Below are positions 49,425-63,700 of a stretch of 64,000 nt of DNA, in pieces (position 1 is the first letter of the stretch; each line of letters opens with the position of its first letter). Made by a program: the position numbers and the translations under genes. The notes below the pieces were generated by a model, which made no database searches, had not been told where the DNA came from, and was given only the letters and a program-made list of their open reading frames with translations. The DNA is from Podarcis bocagei (lineage: Eukaryota). The stretch is taken from assembly GCA_964188305.1 (NCBI GenBank), contig OZ076892.1. The stretch is one strand, 5' to 3'.

Positions 49425-52400
49425 CAAATAACTAGGAATGTGTTCCACGTCTATTTCACTTGTGTTCATTCATAAGTTCACTCTGGTCACATCCATGTCA
49501 TACATTTAAAGCACTATTATACCACTTTACCAGTCACTGCTTCCCGCAAAGAATTCTGGGAACTGTAGTTTGCTAAGGTTGTTAGGAGACCTCTGTTCCC
49601 CTCACAGAGCAACAGTTCTCAGAGTTCCTTGGGAAAAGGGGTTGGCTCTTAAACCACTCTGGGAATTGTCGTTCTTTGGTGGGAACAGACATCTCCTAAC
49701 AACACTCAGCACCCTTAACAAACTACAGTTCCCAGCATTTGATGGAAGCCATGACTGTTTGAAGTGATATTATAGAGTTTTAAAGGTATAGTGCAGATGG
49801 GGTTTTAATGTACTGCAAATCGATTTGTTTGGGTGATCTCAGTTTTGGAGATGGGTCACACTCCCATGGTAAAACACAAGGCCCCAGATTCAGCCCCTGG
49901 TACTTCCTGGAAAAAGGACCTTAAGTAAGGAGGGTTTTCCTTTCTCCTTGCATTTGAAAGAAAGAAAGGACTATGCTGGCCACGTGTCCTGGAATGACAG
50001 TGTCTCAGGAATGATGCCACGCTCAGTCACATCACTCCCAAGGCATTCTGGAAAGTGTGGTTGGCAGGAAGTAGTGCAAGGCTCTCTCCTGAGCTGCTGT
50101 TCGCATTTCAGTAACTCCCCCTACAATAATTTTTGAGAATTTTGTCACGTTCCCCTGCAAGAAAGCAGCAGAAAATAGGTCCCCATTTTCATTGTGGTAT
50201 GGCAGGGATTTGGGTTCAGGTAGTTGGAGGGAGGAGATTTTGGCCCAGTCTCAGGGGGGAAATGCAACCTGTATAAATCACATCTTACATAAATAGCACT
50301 GTGGTAATGGATGGAGCTGGGAAGGAGAGGGGTGCTTTGTTTTTAGTGTAATAAAATCAATAATGCATTGTATAAATGAGAGGCACAGACACGCTGGTTA
50401 ATGCTCAAAGCATCTAACACCCTTATTAAAGGAAAGGGAAAGGAAAGGTTTTAATAGGTATGCTCCAAAATATTATCCCCACACACACCCTATCGTTTTT
50501 TTTGTCATGATATAAAACAGCTGGACCAGAAACATGACGTCTGTTTTCAAAACAAGATTACTTTAGTAAATCAATATTGGTTGACTAGTTTTCAAGTTTG
50601 CATGTGGGTTTGAGAGGGAAAAGGTTTTCAATGGAAGGGGCAGCAGAGAAAGATTCCATCCCTGTGGTGTAAACATTCCGTGCTAGTGGTTAAAATATAT
50701 ACTTTTTGTATCCAAATGTCTAACTTTCCTAGGAGTACCCAGCTTAAAACCTCAGGGAATTTTATATACTGAATGTTGTCAGTATTTTAATCATCCTCAG
50801 CTGTCAAAACGCTTGTAACCCGCCACTTCTATTTAAAATGTGTCTTCTAGGCATAAAATAATTAAAGGTACAGGACCATAAGGTAGGTTTAGAGTCACTG
50901 CAGTGTGACAAAACCCTACATATGAAAGGCATTATTCCAGGAAGTTTTAAATATAAATTTTGTTTTGTCAGGCGGCTGCAGGGCACACATTTTCTATACT
51001 GTCAAGCTTGATAGTAGCAATATTTATATTTCAAATAAAAAGATTAAATTGCAATCTTATGTGTTTCTGGTTTTTACGTGGGTTTAACCAGTGTATCATA
51101 CTGTTTCACATCTGGGTGTCACCCAAACTTTTCGTGTGTGTGTGTGTGTTTTGCTGACACCATTTTTGCTTTTCATTGTAATATTAAGTCTCACACTGTC
51201 AGTCCCTGAATTGAAATAATGAGGCCAGGCAACAACATGGTTGCGGGGGTGAGTTATTTTATCATTCATTTCATTTGGGTTTGTTTTTGTTTCATACACG
51301 TCATTGCACTTTACTGGAAAACTCCCACCTTCTAAATCATGACAAGCAAGCATTTGAAAACAGCTTTTAATTCCTCTTAGTATTCTCATTTTTTTAATGA
51401 GTTTGACGATTTATGTGAGATCTGCCCTGGAAGACATCACCGTTAAATATTCTCACTGACATCACATCAGAAGTATTATTTGGTGGGCTCAAAGCTGAAC
51501 AACGAGTCAATTTAAGTTGCAAAATCTGATATGCATTTACAGACATGTGTTTTTACACACACAGAGAGACTTTTTTTAATGGGCACAGCAGGTTGTATCC
51601 AACTAAGTTCTCCTCAGAGTAGACCCATTGAAATGAATGGACCAAATTTGCCATGTCCATTAATTTCGATGGGTCTGCTTGGTGTAAAGATATCATTGGG
51701 TACACCCCAGCATAGCAAATATTAAGCAGAATAGTCCCAGCCTGCTCATGTGTTAGCCAGAGCTGCACACTCAGAAGGGCCACGACGCAGGGGCAGAATA
51801 TACCCTTTGCTGACATTAGGGCCTGGGTTCAGTCCCAAGCAGGAGAGCGGAGCAGGCTGAACGGATTTTCATCAGAATATATCCCCCCCCCGAAAATGTT
51901 TTTCTCACACTTCTACAATATTCTACGCACCTTCCCCACCATTTTTACTAGAAAATAGACCACCTGCCCTAGTATACACTTGGGGAAATTTTACTTGTGG
52001 CACCAAACCACACAGCGTATCTCAGGCAGTGACCATAGGATCGTTTCCCGCCTTTTCCCCTGCTCTGTGGAATCCCTTTCCTTCTGCCATGCATGAAGGC
52101 TCATCTATGAGGAGCTTCAGACATGTTTTGAAAAGATCTTTTGTCATCCAGGCTTCCCCTGACCTGTGAGATTAGAGCATGATACTTCCGAATCTGTTCC
52201 CGTTCCATTCGTTTTTATAATTCTGTTTTGCTGTCATTATGGTTTCTTACATTTTTAAAGCTGTCATCTGTTTCTACCGCGGATCGGAACACCTGGTTTC
52301 AAGGCAGTTTACTATGTATTTATTACAGTTGTATTTCCAGACAGCATTGTTTATATAGCCCCACATTAGAACATCCGAAGGCCCCTGCTAGATTGGCTCC

Positions 52401-52669
52401 AAGGCATCCTGTTCCCCATTGGCCAGCTGGATGGATGCCTATGGAAAGCCTGCAAGCAGGACCTGAGAGACTCTCAGCAACTGGTATCCATCAGAGGAGA
52501 TAGAACATAGGCATCTTGGCTGTTCATCACTTTATCACTTGATCATGACTTAGGAAACTTTGGCAAATTTGGGCATCCTGATGGCTCCATATTTGTACAC
52601 ACTGCTGCAGAAGGGTCCTATATTTCTCCTACATTTGGTGATTGAAAGCTAAATCACATGCAGATATGA

Positions 52670-52845
52670 CAGTGCTTTTTTTCTTTAAAAAAATGTTTAG
52701 GGGTATGCTCATTTTGACTCAAGAAAATCATAATTTTATAGTTCAAATCGGGAAAAATAAATATAGCAAATGGACAAAAGCACAAAGATTCACAAAATAT
52801 TTAGGGGTATGTGTACCCTTGCGTCCCCCCAGAAAAAAAGCACTG
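52670..52845. mobile_element. hAT MITE (same family as 49272)
   Basis: TIRs CAGTGCTTTTTTTCT / AGAAAAAAAGCACTG. Confidence 0.82.
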
Positions 52846-53334
52846 GTCATAAGTATTTGAATAATAGTATTAAGGATGACATTGTTGGGTGGAGAAATGA
52901 AAGATGCCCTGGCAAATTTCTAAAATGAACCCAGACGGTTCAATTTAAATGCAAATTGCAAAAGTCCTCTGAAATATTTTAAACTATGAGCACTATTAGT
53001 ATGATACAATGAGCACTATTAGCCATTGTATGGTAGCATAATTCCCACTGAGTGATAGAGCTGACCAGGGTGTATCTTTTTAGCTTGTGAATAAAGGGTC
53101 ATTTTAAGAGCTACTTTGAAACTTCAGGAGTTTGGTGCCAGAGTTTGCTTGTTTTCCTCTGCCCACCTCATGCTCATTTCCTTGTGTGCTGCGCCTTTTA
53201 GGTTGCATGTTTGCGGGTAGGGGCTGTTATTTTCTAACTGATCTTACATAAGATGTTCTTTTTTAGTCTTTTTGACTGAAGAGTAGGATAAAGATGATCT
53301 ATGCTGTGAATCTGTGGATGAAGGGCAGAATACG

Positions 53335-53350
53335 ACTACTACTACTACTA

Positions 53351-53416
<66 letters not shown>
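53335..53416 (+). repeat. Compound (CTA)n(TTA)n microsatellite
   Basis: Direct reading. Confidence 0.95.
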
Positions 53417-53418
<2 letters not shown>

Positions 53419-54339
53419 ACTAAAATATAAATATAGATTTCCCCATACATATTTTCATTCCCATAGCAAACTAGCATGTCACGGAGAATTCTAAGCTGAA
53501 ACCCGTCATATCTAGTTTTCTATGTAGCAATGCTTTTTCTATGCAAAGAAGATGTATACAATCAGATGACTGCTGCCACCAGCAGTCTCTGAACTGGTAC
53601 ACAAATATACCACTTCAGTGAGGTCTAGGCATTTTGCTTCCTTTCCTTCCTGCCATTATTTTTTGTTTGCCTGAACAAATAGATACAGAAACCTTGGTCA
53701 TTCTGTTCACCGACTTCCGTCTGATCAAGGCTGTGAGAAACATCTGGCTTTGTTCACCAGGTAGCACCTGCACAAAAAATTACACCTGTTCTGAGAGTCA
53801 TTTTACAAACTTTGGTAATTAAAGTGAGGCAATGTAATCAGAGAAAAGCAGGAAGGTGAAGCGTTTAGAATATTCTGTTCCATATAAACAAACTGCTTTA
53901 GCATATTAGTACCAATTATTTCATTCAAAAATCTGGAAGTTTGCCTGCCCCCCTCCCCAGTGGTGTGATTTCACCTTTAAAAATAATAAAAATAGTAGTA
54001 AACTTCAAACTCGGAACTGACAGTTTCCCTCTCCTGATTTCTGTAGGGATATGATCCATAAAACTGCATATTGTTCAGCATTCCAGCTGAGCTCTATAAA
54101 GATATTAGGTGACTCCATGTCTCTCCAAAGTTTAAGTGTGTTCATTTCCAGTTTTTCCATACATGGTAATCCATTGGATTGTTGGACAGTCTGCTGGGAT
54201 TAAACATACAGACAGATTCATGAAAGTTCGGTTTGAGTGAAATGCTGCTGCTTACATCATAAGAATTTAAGGAAATCCCTGCAGGAGCAGATCAATGCCC
54301 CATCTGGCTGAGCAGTGTTTCTCACAGTGACCATCCACA

Positions 54340-54466
54340 GGCCACTTCAGAGAAGTGTGACTAGCCTAAGGTCACCCAGCAGCTGCATGTGGAGGAGCGG
54401 AGACGCGAACCCGGTTCCCCAGATTACGAGACTACTGCTCTTAACCACTACACCACACTGGCTCTC
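54340..54466 (-). mobile_element. 5' half of a Squam3-like SINE
   Basis: Nearly identical to 24475-24598. Confidence 0.8.
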
Positions 54467-55817
54467 AAGAGGAGGTGAGGTGTAGTGTACTGGCTCTGCA
54501 GCATTTCATTAGACAATGTTTTGGGGGTCTGCTTTTGTTTGTGGACAGCACCGGTCTGACAGACCATTAACCATCCTGGTCATTCTCCTCTGGAGAGACT
54601 CTAGGGCAGAGATGCCTGTGTGGCTCAGAGATAGATGGAGAGCTGGATTGTGGGGAGCAGGAGGGGGTTTGATAAGGGAGTGGAACTATGTGGCTCAGAG
54701 TTGGATGGGAGACATAGGGGGGATCTGAAGTATGGTAGTGGTTGAGTTTCAGGGATAGGAGTTTCAGGGGGACAGGAATGTGTGGTGGAGGGGGACAGGT
54801 CTGTAGCAATGGCTCGGTGTTCCATGGGGCAGTGCTTGGGGGTTAGCTCTTGTGTTCCAAGTGCCAGCACTTTCAGCCTATGTCTGAAATCCTCACAATC
54901 GTGCTCTTCTGGGTTCACACTTGCTTGTCAATCCCCTTCTTAAAATATGGTGCCCATATTGTTACAAGAATAAAATGAGGTGAAGGGGGAGGACCACGTA
55001 CACCACTCTAATCTGCTCGGAGGATTGGTGGTGAATGTAATAAATTAATAAATGTCTAATTCTCATGGAAGTAATTTGACTAGCAGACAGCTTGTCTTTC
55101 CATATATGAATCAACCAACTCTCAACTTCTCAACCAGTTCCCTTTCTATGGTCTTGAAATGTGATGGCAGGGTTCCTTACAACCGTCTGGTGTCTTCTGC
55201 ACTTATTAGTTCAGAGAAGCATATAGCTGACTATAACCGGGTTTCATTGCATACAGTGTTACTTGTATGTCCTGAGGGCTGAGGTTTTAATTTCTGGCAA
55301 TGGAGCACAGGTGTGGTGGATCCTATTTCAGGGAACTGGATTAAATTATACTTTGAGTCCTTTCTGTCTCTCCAACTTGACTTTACTATAAATGTAATAG
55401 ATCTAGACTCAAGATAAGCCAACACTTGCACAAGCTTCTGGCTCCATGAGAAATACGTTAGTGCCTGGGAAAGGATTTACTGGGTTCTTCTTGCCCCTGC
55501 CAACATCAGCATGAATTCACACAAGGAGAATGGACCTCCAAGCTAAGAAACCCTTGTTTAAGAATTGAATGCATAGGTGTATCTGCTACTGGTGCTTACT
55601 GAATTTGTTTGCCAGTTACCTTCATTGGAATAGCACTATACAGCTCATCCCATAACCCTCAGCTGCCCTGATTGAATTGGGACATCCCATTTTTGGGTGC
55701 TGTGCTCTCGAGCAAGAGCCACAGAGCCCCAAAATGTGTAAGATCACAGCCTTGCACAGGAGTGTAGTCTGGAAGATGTGCGTCCCGGTTTTCAGCTTCA
55801 ACTTGTTGGACGGCATG

Positions 55818-56129
55818 CAGGGGCGGAGGAAGGGGGGTGCGGTGGATGCAGGCCACCCTGGGTATCACCACTGAGGGGGATGACAAAATTCTGGGCGTCA
55901 CTCACCGTGGGGCCTGCAGTGCACCCGAGCCATGCGTCTCTCCTGGGAGAGACACGGTGGATTGGCCATGCACAGGTCTGCCCGCTGCTTCCCCCCCAGC
56001 TGTAGGGCGGCTGAGTGGGAGGAGGCAGGCAGACTCCGGAGGCCCCACGGTGCTCCCTGCCCCTATGGGCAGCTCATACAGCCCCTGGGCGCACTGCCCC
56101 AGGAGCCCGAGCGGCTTCCTCTGCCACTA
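55818..56129. mobile_element. GC-rich MITE with short TIRs
   Basis: Imperfect TIRs CAGGGGCGGAGGAAG / CTTCCTCTGCCACTA bound the GC-rich block; TSD not resolved. Confidence 0.55.
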
Positions 56130-57462
56130 GCAGTATGTAATCCTACTTGTAAACTGAAGCTGATAAAATTTCTTGAAGCCCCCATGTCAGTCCCTCCGAA
56201 AACCACATCACTGTTAATAGGACTAGGATATCCACATTGATGCATAACCACAATTTATTTGAGCTGACTCCTGTGTCTGCAGGCTACATGTGCAGTTGTA
56301 GCTACTGGGCAATGGTGGGCAGAACGCACAAGAAGTATACATTTCCTACAATATGTGATCATACTGGAGAAATTATATATGCAAACATTAACATGAAGGT
56401 GCTGATTCACCCCAACACATTCAAGCCCTCTGGCAGAAGAAACTCATATTTAGATAATACTGAGTACATCAATTTCATTTTCTCTCATTTTCTCATTTTT
56501 CCTGTCCTTCAATCTACCACATTGTGATTTTTTAAAGTCCTCATGAAAATGCACCAACATTTTAGTGTGCATTTCACCTAACCTGAAATTTAAAAATAAA
56601 ATGTAAAATCAAGCATAAAACAAAATTATCACAGAAAATAGGTGTGAAACAGGTATGAAAAAGCAAAGCAGAGACAAAAGGGGGCTGGAAACATGAGTGA
56701 TACATTCCACACCTTTGGCATAATAGAGATAATGTCTAAACACCTTAGTTCAATGCAATGTTTTCAATGCAATGTTGTCTAATATACACATTTTTGCGAG
56801 CAGTTCCACTTAGTAGAATGAAATCAGTTTCTGTCCTAGTGCAAGCAGCAGTTTCAGGAGGGGTGTTTGTGTGCGTGCACATGTATTTGTATGTATGTGC
56901 TTGTCACAAAGAGTGAGGAAGCGAAAACTTCCCCTCCCTATCCACTATGGCCCTCGTGCTGTTCACCTCCTAGGACACACATGGCTGCCATTTCTTTTTT
57001 TCTTTTCTTTTTAATGCTTGTTAATTGCATTCATGCACTTAATGCCACATCATCATCTGGCCCAGAAAGGCTGAGGTCATGACTCCTTATTGTTCAGCAT
57101 AATGTAGGATCACGGCAATGCTCTTCGTTAGGGCTGGCATGGGAACTGTGATTAGAATCCACACTGTTTAAATAATCTAATTGGCATTGTTTGCATTACA
57201 GTACTGCCCAGAGGCAGCACTATATATTAAAAGATGGTGCCTTCCTCAAGAGGCTTTCCACAGTCTAAAGTGTGGAGGCAGACAAAGTGTGGGAGGCAAA
57301 ACAGAGGCAAAGACAAGTGCGCATAGGAGGGCATTGGCGACAGCCAGGAATAGAGCCCCAGTAGCTTTCAGTTTCGTACTTTAGTAGTCTCATTAGCAGC
57401 ACTCCTGAATTACTATTTTCTCCTCCTCCTCCTTCTCTTCCTTCTCCCCCTGCACCTTATTC

Positions 57463-57730
57463 ACAAGAGGTGCCAACTTCTGAAACAGATGGGGGGGCTG
57501 ATGCAATGTCCTGATGTCACATGTCACATCATGAGGAGCTAGGGGGTGGAGCAGAACTTGCTGGCAGCCCCTGTCCTTCTCCTCCCCCTGCCACACAAGG
57601 GAAAGACGGGGGAAGTCACCCCCAGCCAGTGGCGGTGGCAGCAGCAGCAGGAGCTGCCGGCCACCGAAGACATGCTGTGCCACGTTCGCCCTCCTCTGTC
57701 CTCTGAGCAACTGAGGGAGTTGCCCTCTGT
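57463..57730. mobile_element. Possible GC-rich MITE
   Basis: AGAGGTGCCAACT / AGTTGCCCTCT imperfect termini around a GC-rich block. Confidence 0.4.
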
Positions 57731-58265
57731 ATGTTTGGTTGAATGCCTCTCTCTTATATATCAGGCCTGAAATAAGAAAGGCAAAACCTTTCTTCTCCTT
57801 TTGCCTCAAATTATCTGCTGCTTTTCTTCAGTTATCTTCTGGTGTTATTCTAGTCGAACTGCTCAGGCTTTTAATGAACAATAATGGTGAGGTTTAGCTG
57901 CTTCCTGTTTGGGATTTTTTGGTTTGTTTGTTTTTATTCTACTGTTTTATCCTGATGCTGATGCTGACGCTGATGCAGAGCAGTGCATTGTTTTTCCCTA
58001 ACAAACTTTATAGTAAGCTGCCTTGGAATTTTTGTATTTCTAAGACAGGAGTGAGCCCACTGAGAAGAAATACTGTGGTGCATCTGCAGCAGCACAACTG
58101 GATGCCTTCATCTTCTCCAGCTGCAACAAAGCACGTCTCTCCCACATCAGTGTCTACTGCCACAGCAGGTGCTGCAACTTTCCAACAGTTTGACTTCATC
58201 CCCAAAGGCGCACTCTTCCGTTGTCTCTGGGGACAGATGGATGCCAGCAATAAAGCAGGATATAA

Positions 58266-58637
58266 GGGACGCAGGTGGTGCAGTGATGTAAACCACTGAG
58301 CCTCTTGGGCTTGCTGATCAGAAGGTCAGCAGTTCGAATCCCCATGACAGGGTGAGCTCCCGTTGCTCAGTCCCAGCTCCTGCCAACCTAGCAGTTTGAA
58401 AACACGCCAAAAATGCAAGTAGATAAATAGCTACCGTTCCGGCGGGAAGGTAAATGGCGTTTCCGTGTACTGCTCTGGTTTCGCCAGAAGTGGCTTAGTC
58501 ATGCTGGTCACATGACATGGGAAAACTGTTTGCGGACAAACGCTGGTGCCCTTGGCCTGTAATGCGAGATGAGTGCCACAACCCCAGATTCATCTGTGAC
58601 TGGACTTAACTCTCAGGGGTCCTTTACCTTTACCTTT
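58266..58637 (+). mobile_element. Sauria SINE
   Basis: tRNA-like head with B box GTTCGAATCC and an (ACCTTT)n tail. Confidence 0.87.
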
Positions 58638-59823
58638 TTATAAGGGCTTTAGTTAGACAGAGAGATGCACAATTCACCCACCCTACTGACTGAGGTGGTG
58701 CTTATGGGACAGAGACAGAGTCAGCACACATGTCTCCATGCTCCTCATGTGCTCCTAGCCCATTAGTTGCTTGAAAAGCCCAGTAGGGCTAAGATCGTCC
58801 ATCAGAAAAGTTTTGTGGAAAGTAGTTACAGTCTGGATAGTCCTCTTCCTCCTGCTCCCCCCCATCCATCCACTTCTTGTTTTTCTACCAGAGTGCAAGT
58901 TGCCAACCTACCTTCCATTCAATCTGATTGCACTCAACAGCTTTTTCTCCCACCCCCTCCTGGCCTACCCAACTGCTAATTAAATTTCGCTGCACTTTAG
59001 AATCAGCAATATTCCAGCAGTCAAAAAAAACCACCATACACACCTTTACCCCGGCGCATCTGTAACTACTCTGGAAATAAAGTGTTCCCTTGTCATTTGC
59101 AGAGGTACACATATATTTACACAGACAAACATACACGCTCAACATTGGCAGTAAACTTTCAGCAACCCTACTAGGATGAAGATTTAAAGGATTGACATTT
59201 TGCATTCTTCTCTCTTTCCCCTTCCTTCACCCAGCCCTGCTCATTATCTTTGCATATCTTTATTTTCTAAATATTTACCACTCCAGCCAAATTTACAGTT
59301 TAATTTGCTGCATAAACTCATTTATAGACTGATAAAGCTCATTACTAAGGCCTGGCCTAGGCCAGAGAGCGCCCCGACAGTTTTAATTCCTGTAGCAGCA
59401 GGTGATGGCAAGAGAAAAACCATCTTGTCACATTAGCGGCAGGGGTCTAAATTATTCAAATACTCTAAATCCTCCTAGAATAGTTCCCCTGCTCATAATT
59501 TGTCTTTTCTTGCCAACAATTAACTAGCAAGATTTGAAGTTAACTATGCCAACTATTCTGAAATCTCAAGGAACATAGAAATATGCACATGCAGTCAAAA
59601 GCTCTTTGATCTGACTGCATCAGACAGACCACAAGTTTCTCTGCCTCCTTGACCTCTGATCAGCTCCCAGATGCACTACCACAGGACTGTGAGATATTTG
59701 TGTTTGTTTGCTATATGTCATGTTAGTTTGTTTTATTCCTGCTCCTGCAGTGGTTGTCCTGATGACTGCCATTTTGGGTTTTTTTAAAGAATGCCCTAAA
59801 CATTGCCTCATTCACAAACACCC

Positions 59824-59826
<3 letters not shown>

Positions 59827-59868
<42 letters not shown>
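59827..59868 (+). repeat. (GT)n microsatellite
   Basis: Direct reading. Confidence 0.95.
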
Positions 59869-59870
<2 letters not shown>

Positions 59871-60196
59871 CATGGGTGTTTGCCTTTTGGGGTGTGACAG
59901 CCCCACAACAACACTTAAGTACGGGGGAGGGGTAGCCATCGTGGTGGCCTTCAAATGCCATTGGGCTGCAATGCCTATCAATGTCTAGTGGCACCACATA
60001 GATCAGTGTGCTAGGGGGCTTTCTGGGAAAATAAGGAGGCCAGCCTCCACCTCCAGTCTGAAGTGGTACAACTCAGACACAGTTTTTACAGAACTAGTAA
60101 CAACAGACCTCCCTTCAGGGCAGATTCATATGTTTCTATACACATACAGTCCTTATTCATTCCAGTAGCATCATTTACCAAGTGACCATAATAGTA

Positions 60197-60732
60197 GGGC
60201 TGTAGCTCAGTGGCGAGACGTGGGTGGCGCTGTGGGTTAAACCACAGAGCCTAGGGTTTGCCGATCAGAAGGTCAGTGGTTCGAATCCCTGCGACGGGGT
60301 GAGCTCCCATTGTTCGGTCCCTGCTCCTGCCAACCTAGCAGTTCGAAAGCACACCAAAGTGCAAGTAGATAAATAGGAACCGCTCCGGCGGGAAGGTAAA
60401 TGGCATTTCCGTGCGCTGCTCTGGTTCGCCAGAAGCGGCTTAGTCATGCTGGCCACATGACCCAGAAGCTGTACACCGGCTCCCTCAGCCAACAAAGCGA
60501 GATGAGCACCGCAACCCCAGAGTCGGTCACGACTGGACCTAATGGTCAGGGGTCCCTTTACCTTTAGCTCAGTGGCAGAGCATCTGTCTTGCCTGCAGAA
60601 GGTTCAGTCCCCAACATCTCCAGGTAGGGCTGGGAATGTCTCCTGCAAAGCCACTGCCAGTCAGTGTCAACAGCAGTGAGCTAGATGGACCAGTGGTCTG
60701 GCTCAGTATAAGGCAGCTTGCCATATTCCTAA
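60197..60732 (+). mobile_element. Older tRNA-derived SINE split by the Sauria SINE
   Basis: Removing the insert restores GGGCTGTAGCTCAGTGGCAGAGCATCTG..., similar to the 18607 copy. Confidence 0.75.
60215..60565 (+). mobile_element. Sauria SINE nested in an older SINE
   Basis: B box GGTTCGAATCC, CCTTTACCTTT tail, TSD AGCTCAGTGGC (60204-60214 / 60566-60576). Confidence 0.9.
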
Positions 60733-63700
60733 GAATGGAGAGAAAGCTGTCATGGCAGCTTTAATTTTCGGATGACTGGATTTTTCATAATCATCATTAT
60801 AGTTTTCTCAAAACTTGAGTTACTTTATGTGTTGTCGTGTGATGCATATGTTTCTTGTTGACTTTTGGGAATGTTACCTAACTGCACAGTTGTAATGTTG
60901 ACGTGGGCCCTTAGGTACAAACCAATAGGGATGCAATGATGCCCTTGAATTTTTTTCTGGGTGCCGCAAAGCCTTTGAGCCCTTCTTTCTTTGCCTCTGA
61001 TCATGAGTTGGCGAATGTGGCTAATGTCTTCTCTTCTGAAAAGCACATGTTGCTGAAGGAGGAAGTTGAAAGAGTAACACATTCCCCAACATCCTCTTTC
61101 AGCTCTATATGCTTTTCTGAGTTTTCTTAAACTCAGATTATTTCTGTTTACCTGAATATTTCACAAAAACATGGTGTCCATGTGCGCACACATTTGTTTA
61201 TGGGGCTAAAATGGGTTGTGGCCACTGGTGTATCATATTGAGTAAAATTTCTGATTCCTTATGATTCCCTAACTCGTGGATTGTGTCCTAGTGGTGACTA
61301 TACCAAGTCAGAAATGAATGTGAGACTCAGGCTAGGATAAAGAAAAATAAATGCAACTGTTAAATCAAAGTTCATGACCTGTATCATTCCATTTAAAAAA
61401 ATGCTTGCAATTTAAATGGGGTGGCTGGATAATATTTTCCAAATCCCCCCTCTCTCTCTGTGTGTGTATGTGTTGGGTACTAAAATTAGTTAATACAGTG
61501 GTAAATGTGGTTTTCTGGGACATCATAAGGTTATGTCTCATTATTTTTATTTAAAAACACTCCCTTTGATCTTGATTCAAAAGAAGTGGGTGGGTTGCTC
61601 GCATCTCTCTTAGCTGTGTGGCTTTTACAAATTAAAAACCTACTTGGAATTGGTTATACAATATCAGCTTGTGTTCCTCTAAAACCAAGACCACCTTTGA
61701 CTCTCCGTTGCCTCCCACCCCTTCCAATTCTTCTGAGAGGGAGTATATTACCAGTACTTGGGAAAGCTAGAGGGAGCTTGTGAAGTAAAAACTGCAGTTA
61801 GTAGTCAAGGCAAAGCTCTCTAGCTGAGAAGCATAAAGAGAAAATAAAATCATTGGCACCTCAGCATAAAGATGTTTACATGGAATTGTGTGCCATTCAT
61901 TTTGACGTGGCGTACTTAAGAGCGGAGTCTAATGTCTCCTTGTCATAAAATCAGTAGGGTCAAAGAAGCAAATTTAACACACTTCTGCAACCCAAATTAA
62001 AGCTGGGTTTAGACATTCATAATCAAGAGAATTTACAGCGCTATACTATTCATGTGTAGTTGGAAATAAGACCCTGTAGGTTCAATGGAATTTACTCCCT
62101 GTGTAAGTGTGCTAAGAGTGTTTAGAACTGCATCTGTAGTGGCAAACCAAAAAGGTTTTTTTTTTTCACCCAGAGGACATTGGTTGTTATCCAGCCAAAG
62201 TTACACACTTGTGCAGAGTAATCCTATGCAGATTAACTCAGAAGTAAATAGCACGCTGATTAGTTTTTTATAGGATTGCAGCTTTAGCTTCACCAATTTC
62301 AGAAGAGAGTTGAAAACATGCTCAACCCAGTGAAATTGGTTTGCCTTAATAGTGCTTAATTTTGCTGGACCTGACCTTACATTTCTGGATACCATTTAGC
62401 CAACGTGAATTCCTTATTCCTAAATAAAGCATTGGATCAGTGCTATTAACAATGGATAGTATCCATCCAACATTAATTCCTTCTGTGTCCTATAAATACT
62501 TCTAAGTCCTGTTCATTTCCATGAGTGAGTTGAACCTATAGCTCTCTTAATGAAATCAACAGGACTTTCAAGTGCTTAACTGTATTTGGATCACATGTAG
62601 CGTCTGCACAATTCTCTTTCTCTGTCACTTCTAGCTTTGTGCAAAATTGATGCAGGCATTTAAAGCAATGTCTGAAACTAGTTTCCTTAGTCAGTTTCTG
62701 TTTAATTCAGCAAGCAGCAACTGGATGCGGGAATCTCCATGCCCACATGCCTGCCAGCATCTGTGTCACATTTTGCGCATAACTGCTGACAATGCACACT
62801 GGAAATCTGGAAGTGTGGTGTTCCTATCCACGCCAAAATGCAGTAGAGGAGGGGGGATGGAGACTCAGATTCAAATCCACATTTCTTAATCTAGCCTAGA
62901 TGGGATTGGAGTTTTGAAGTATTATTGACATATATATGAAACTCTCAATAGATGCATTAATGAATTCAAGCATTTGCCAAAGTGTAGTTCCTTTACCTAC
63001 CAGTATTTGAATCAGGGATTGAAAATTACATGGACTGTCTCTATGCACTGAGAAATGTAGGAAGTAGACTTGGGCTGCACATTCCATCTGCGGCAGAATC
63101 TTTTACAGTAGCCCCTGAAAGTTAACCATAATAGGTGGTATTCAACCATGTTTTACTCAAAGTAGAACCACTTAAATTAATTAACATGACTAAGTTGGGT
63201 CCATTAATTTAAATAGTGAAACTTGTTTGAATTCTACCAAATGGGGAAAGCAGCATTTTGCAGGGCAAAAAGTATTTAAATCCCTTCTCCCTTAACAAAC
63301 AAACAAAAATAATGTTGTAGTTTATTTTCTTTCTACCTGAAAGATATTCCACTTATACTGGGGAAAGAAAAAAAGAAAAGATGAAATATCAGTGTACATA
63401 TTTATATGTAACATTAAGCCAGTGTTGGAATTTACGGGCAGTAAAGCAATTCCAGAAATATTGTTTGTTGAATTAATTCAGTACATCTGGGAAAGACTAA
63501 AAATAGCTGGGAAGCATTCCAGGTAGAATGGGTTATGTGCCAGAAAACGATTCATTTTCATGTTGGTGAGATAGCAGTACTGATGCCAACACACATGTCA
63601 TTTTGCAAGGGATAACTATATACATAGAATTTTAAATGTGCATACAGTGAAATCCCTGCTTATTTGCATGTTTTCTTATGCAGATCCTGATTATCAGCGT

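Noticed and set aside
53294-53494. Poly-Ile, poly-Leu and poly-Lys ORFs (also near 15388 and 24237)
   Set aside because: Translations of trinucleotide microsatellites.
55659-56251. Cluster of GC-rich ORFs
   Set aside because: Coincides with a TIR-bounded repeat; no coherent coding signal.
57393-57809. Possible exon with a short CAG run
   Set aside because: No convincing splice structure or protein similarity; the block looks like a GC-rich MITE.
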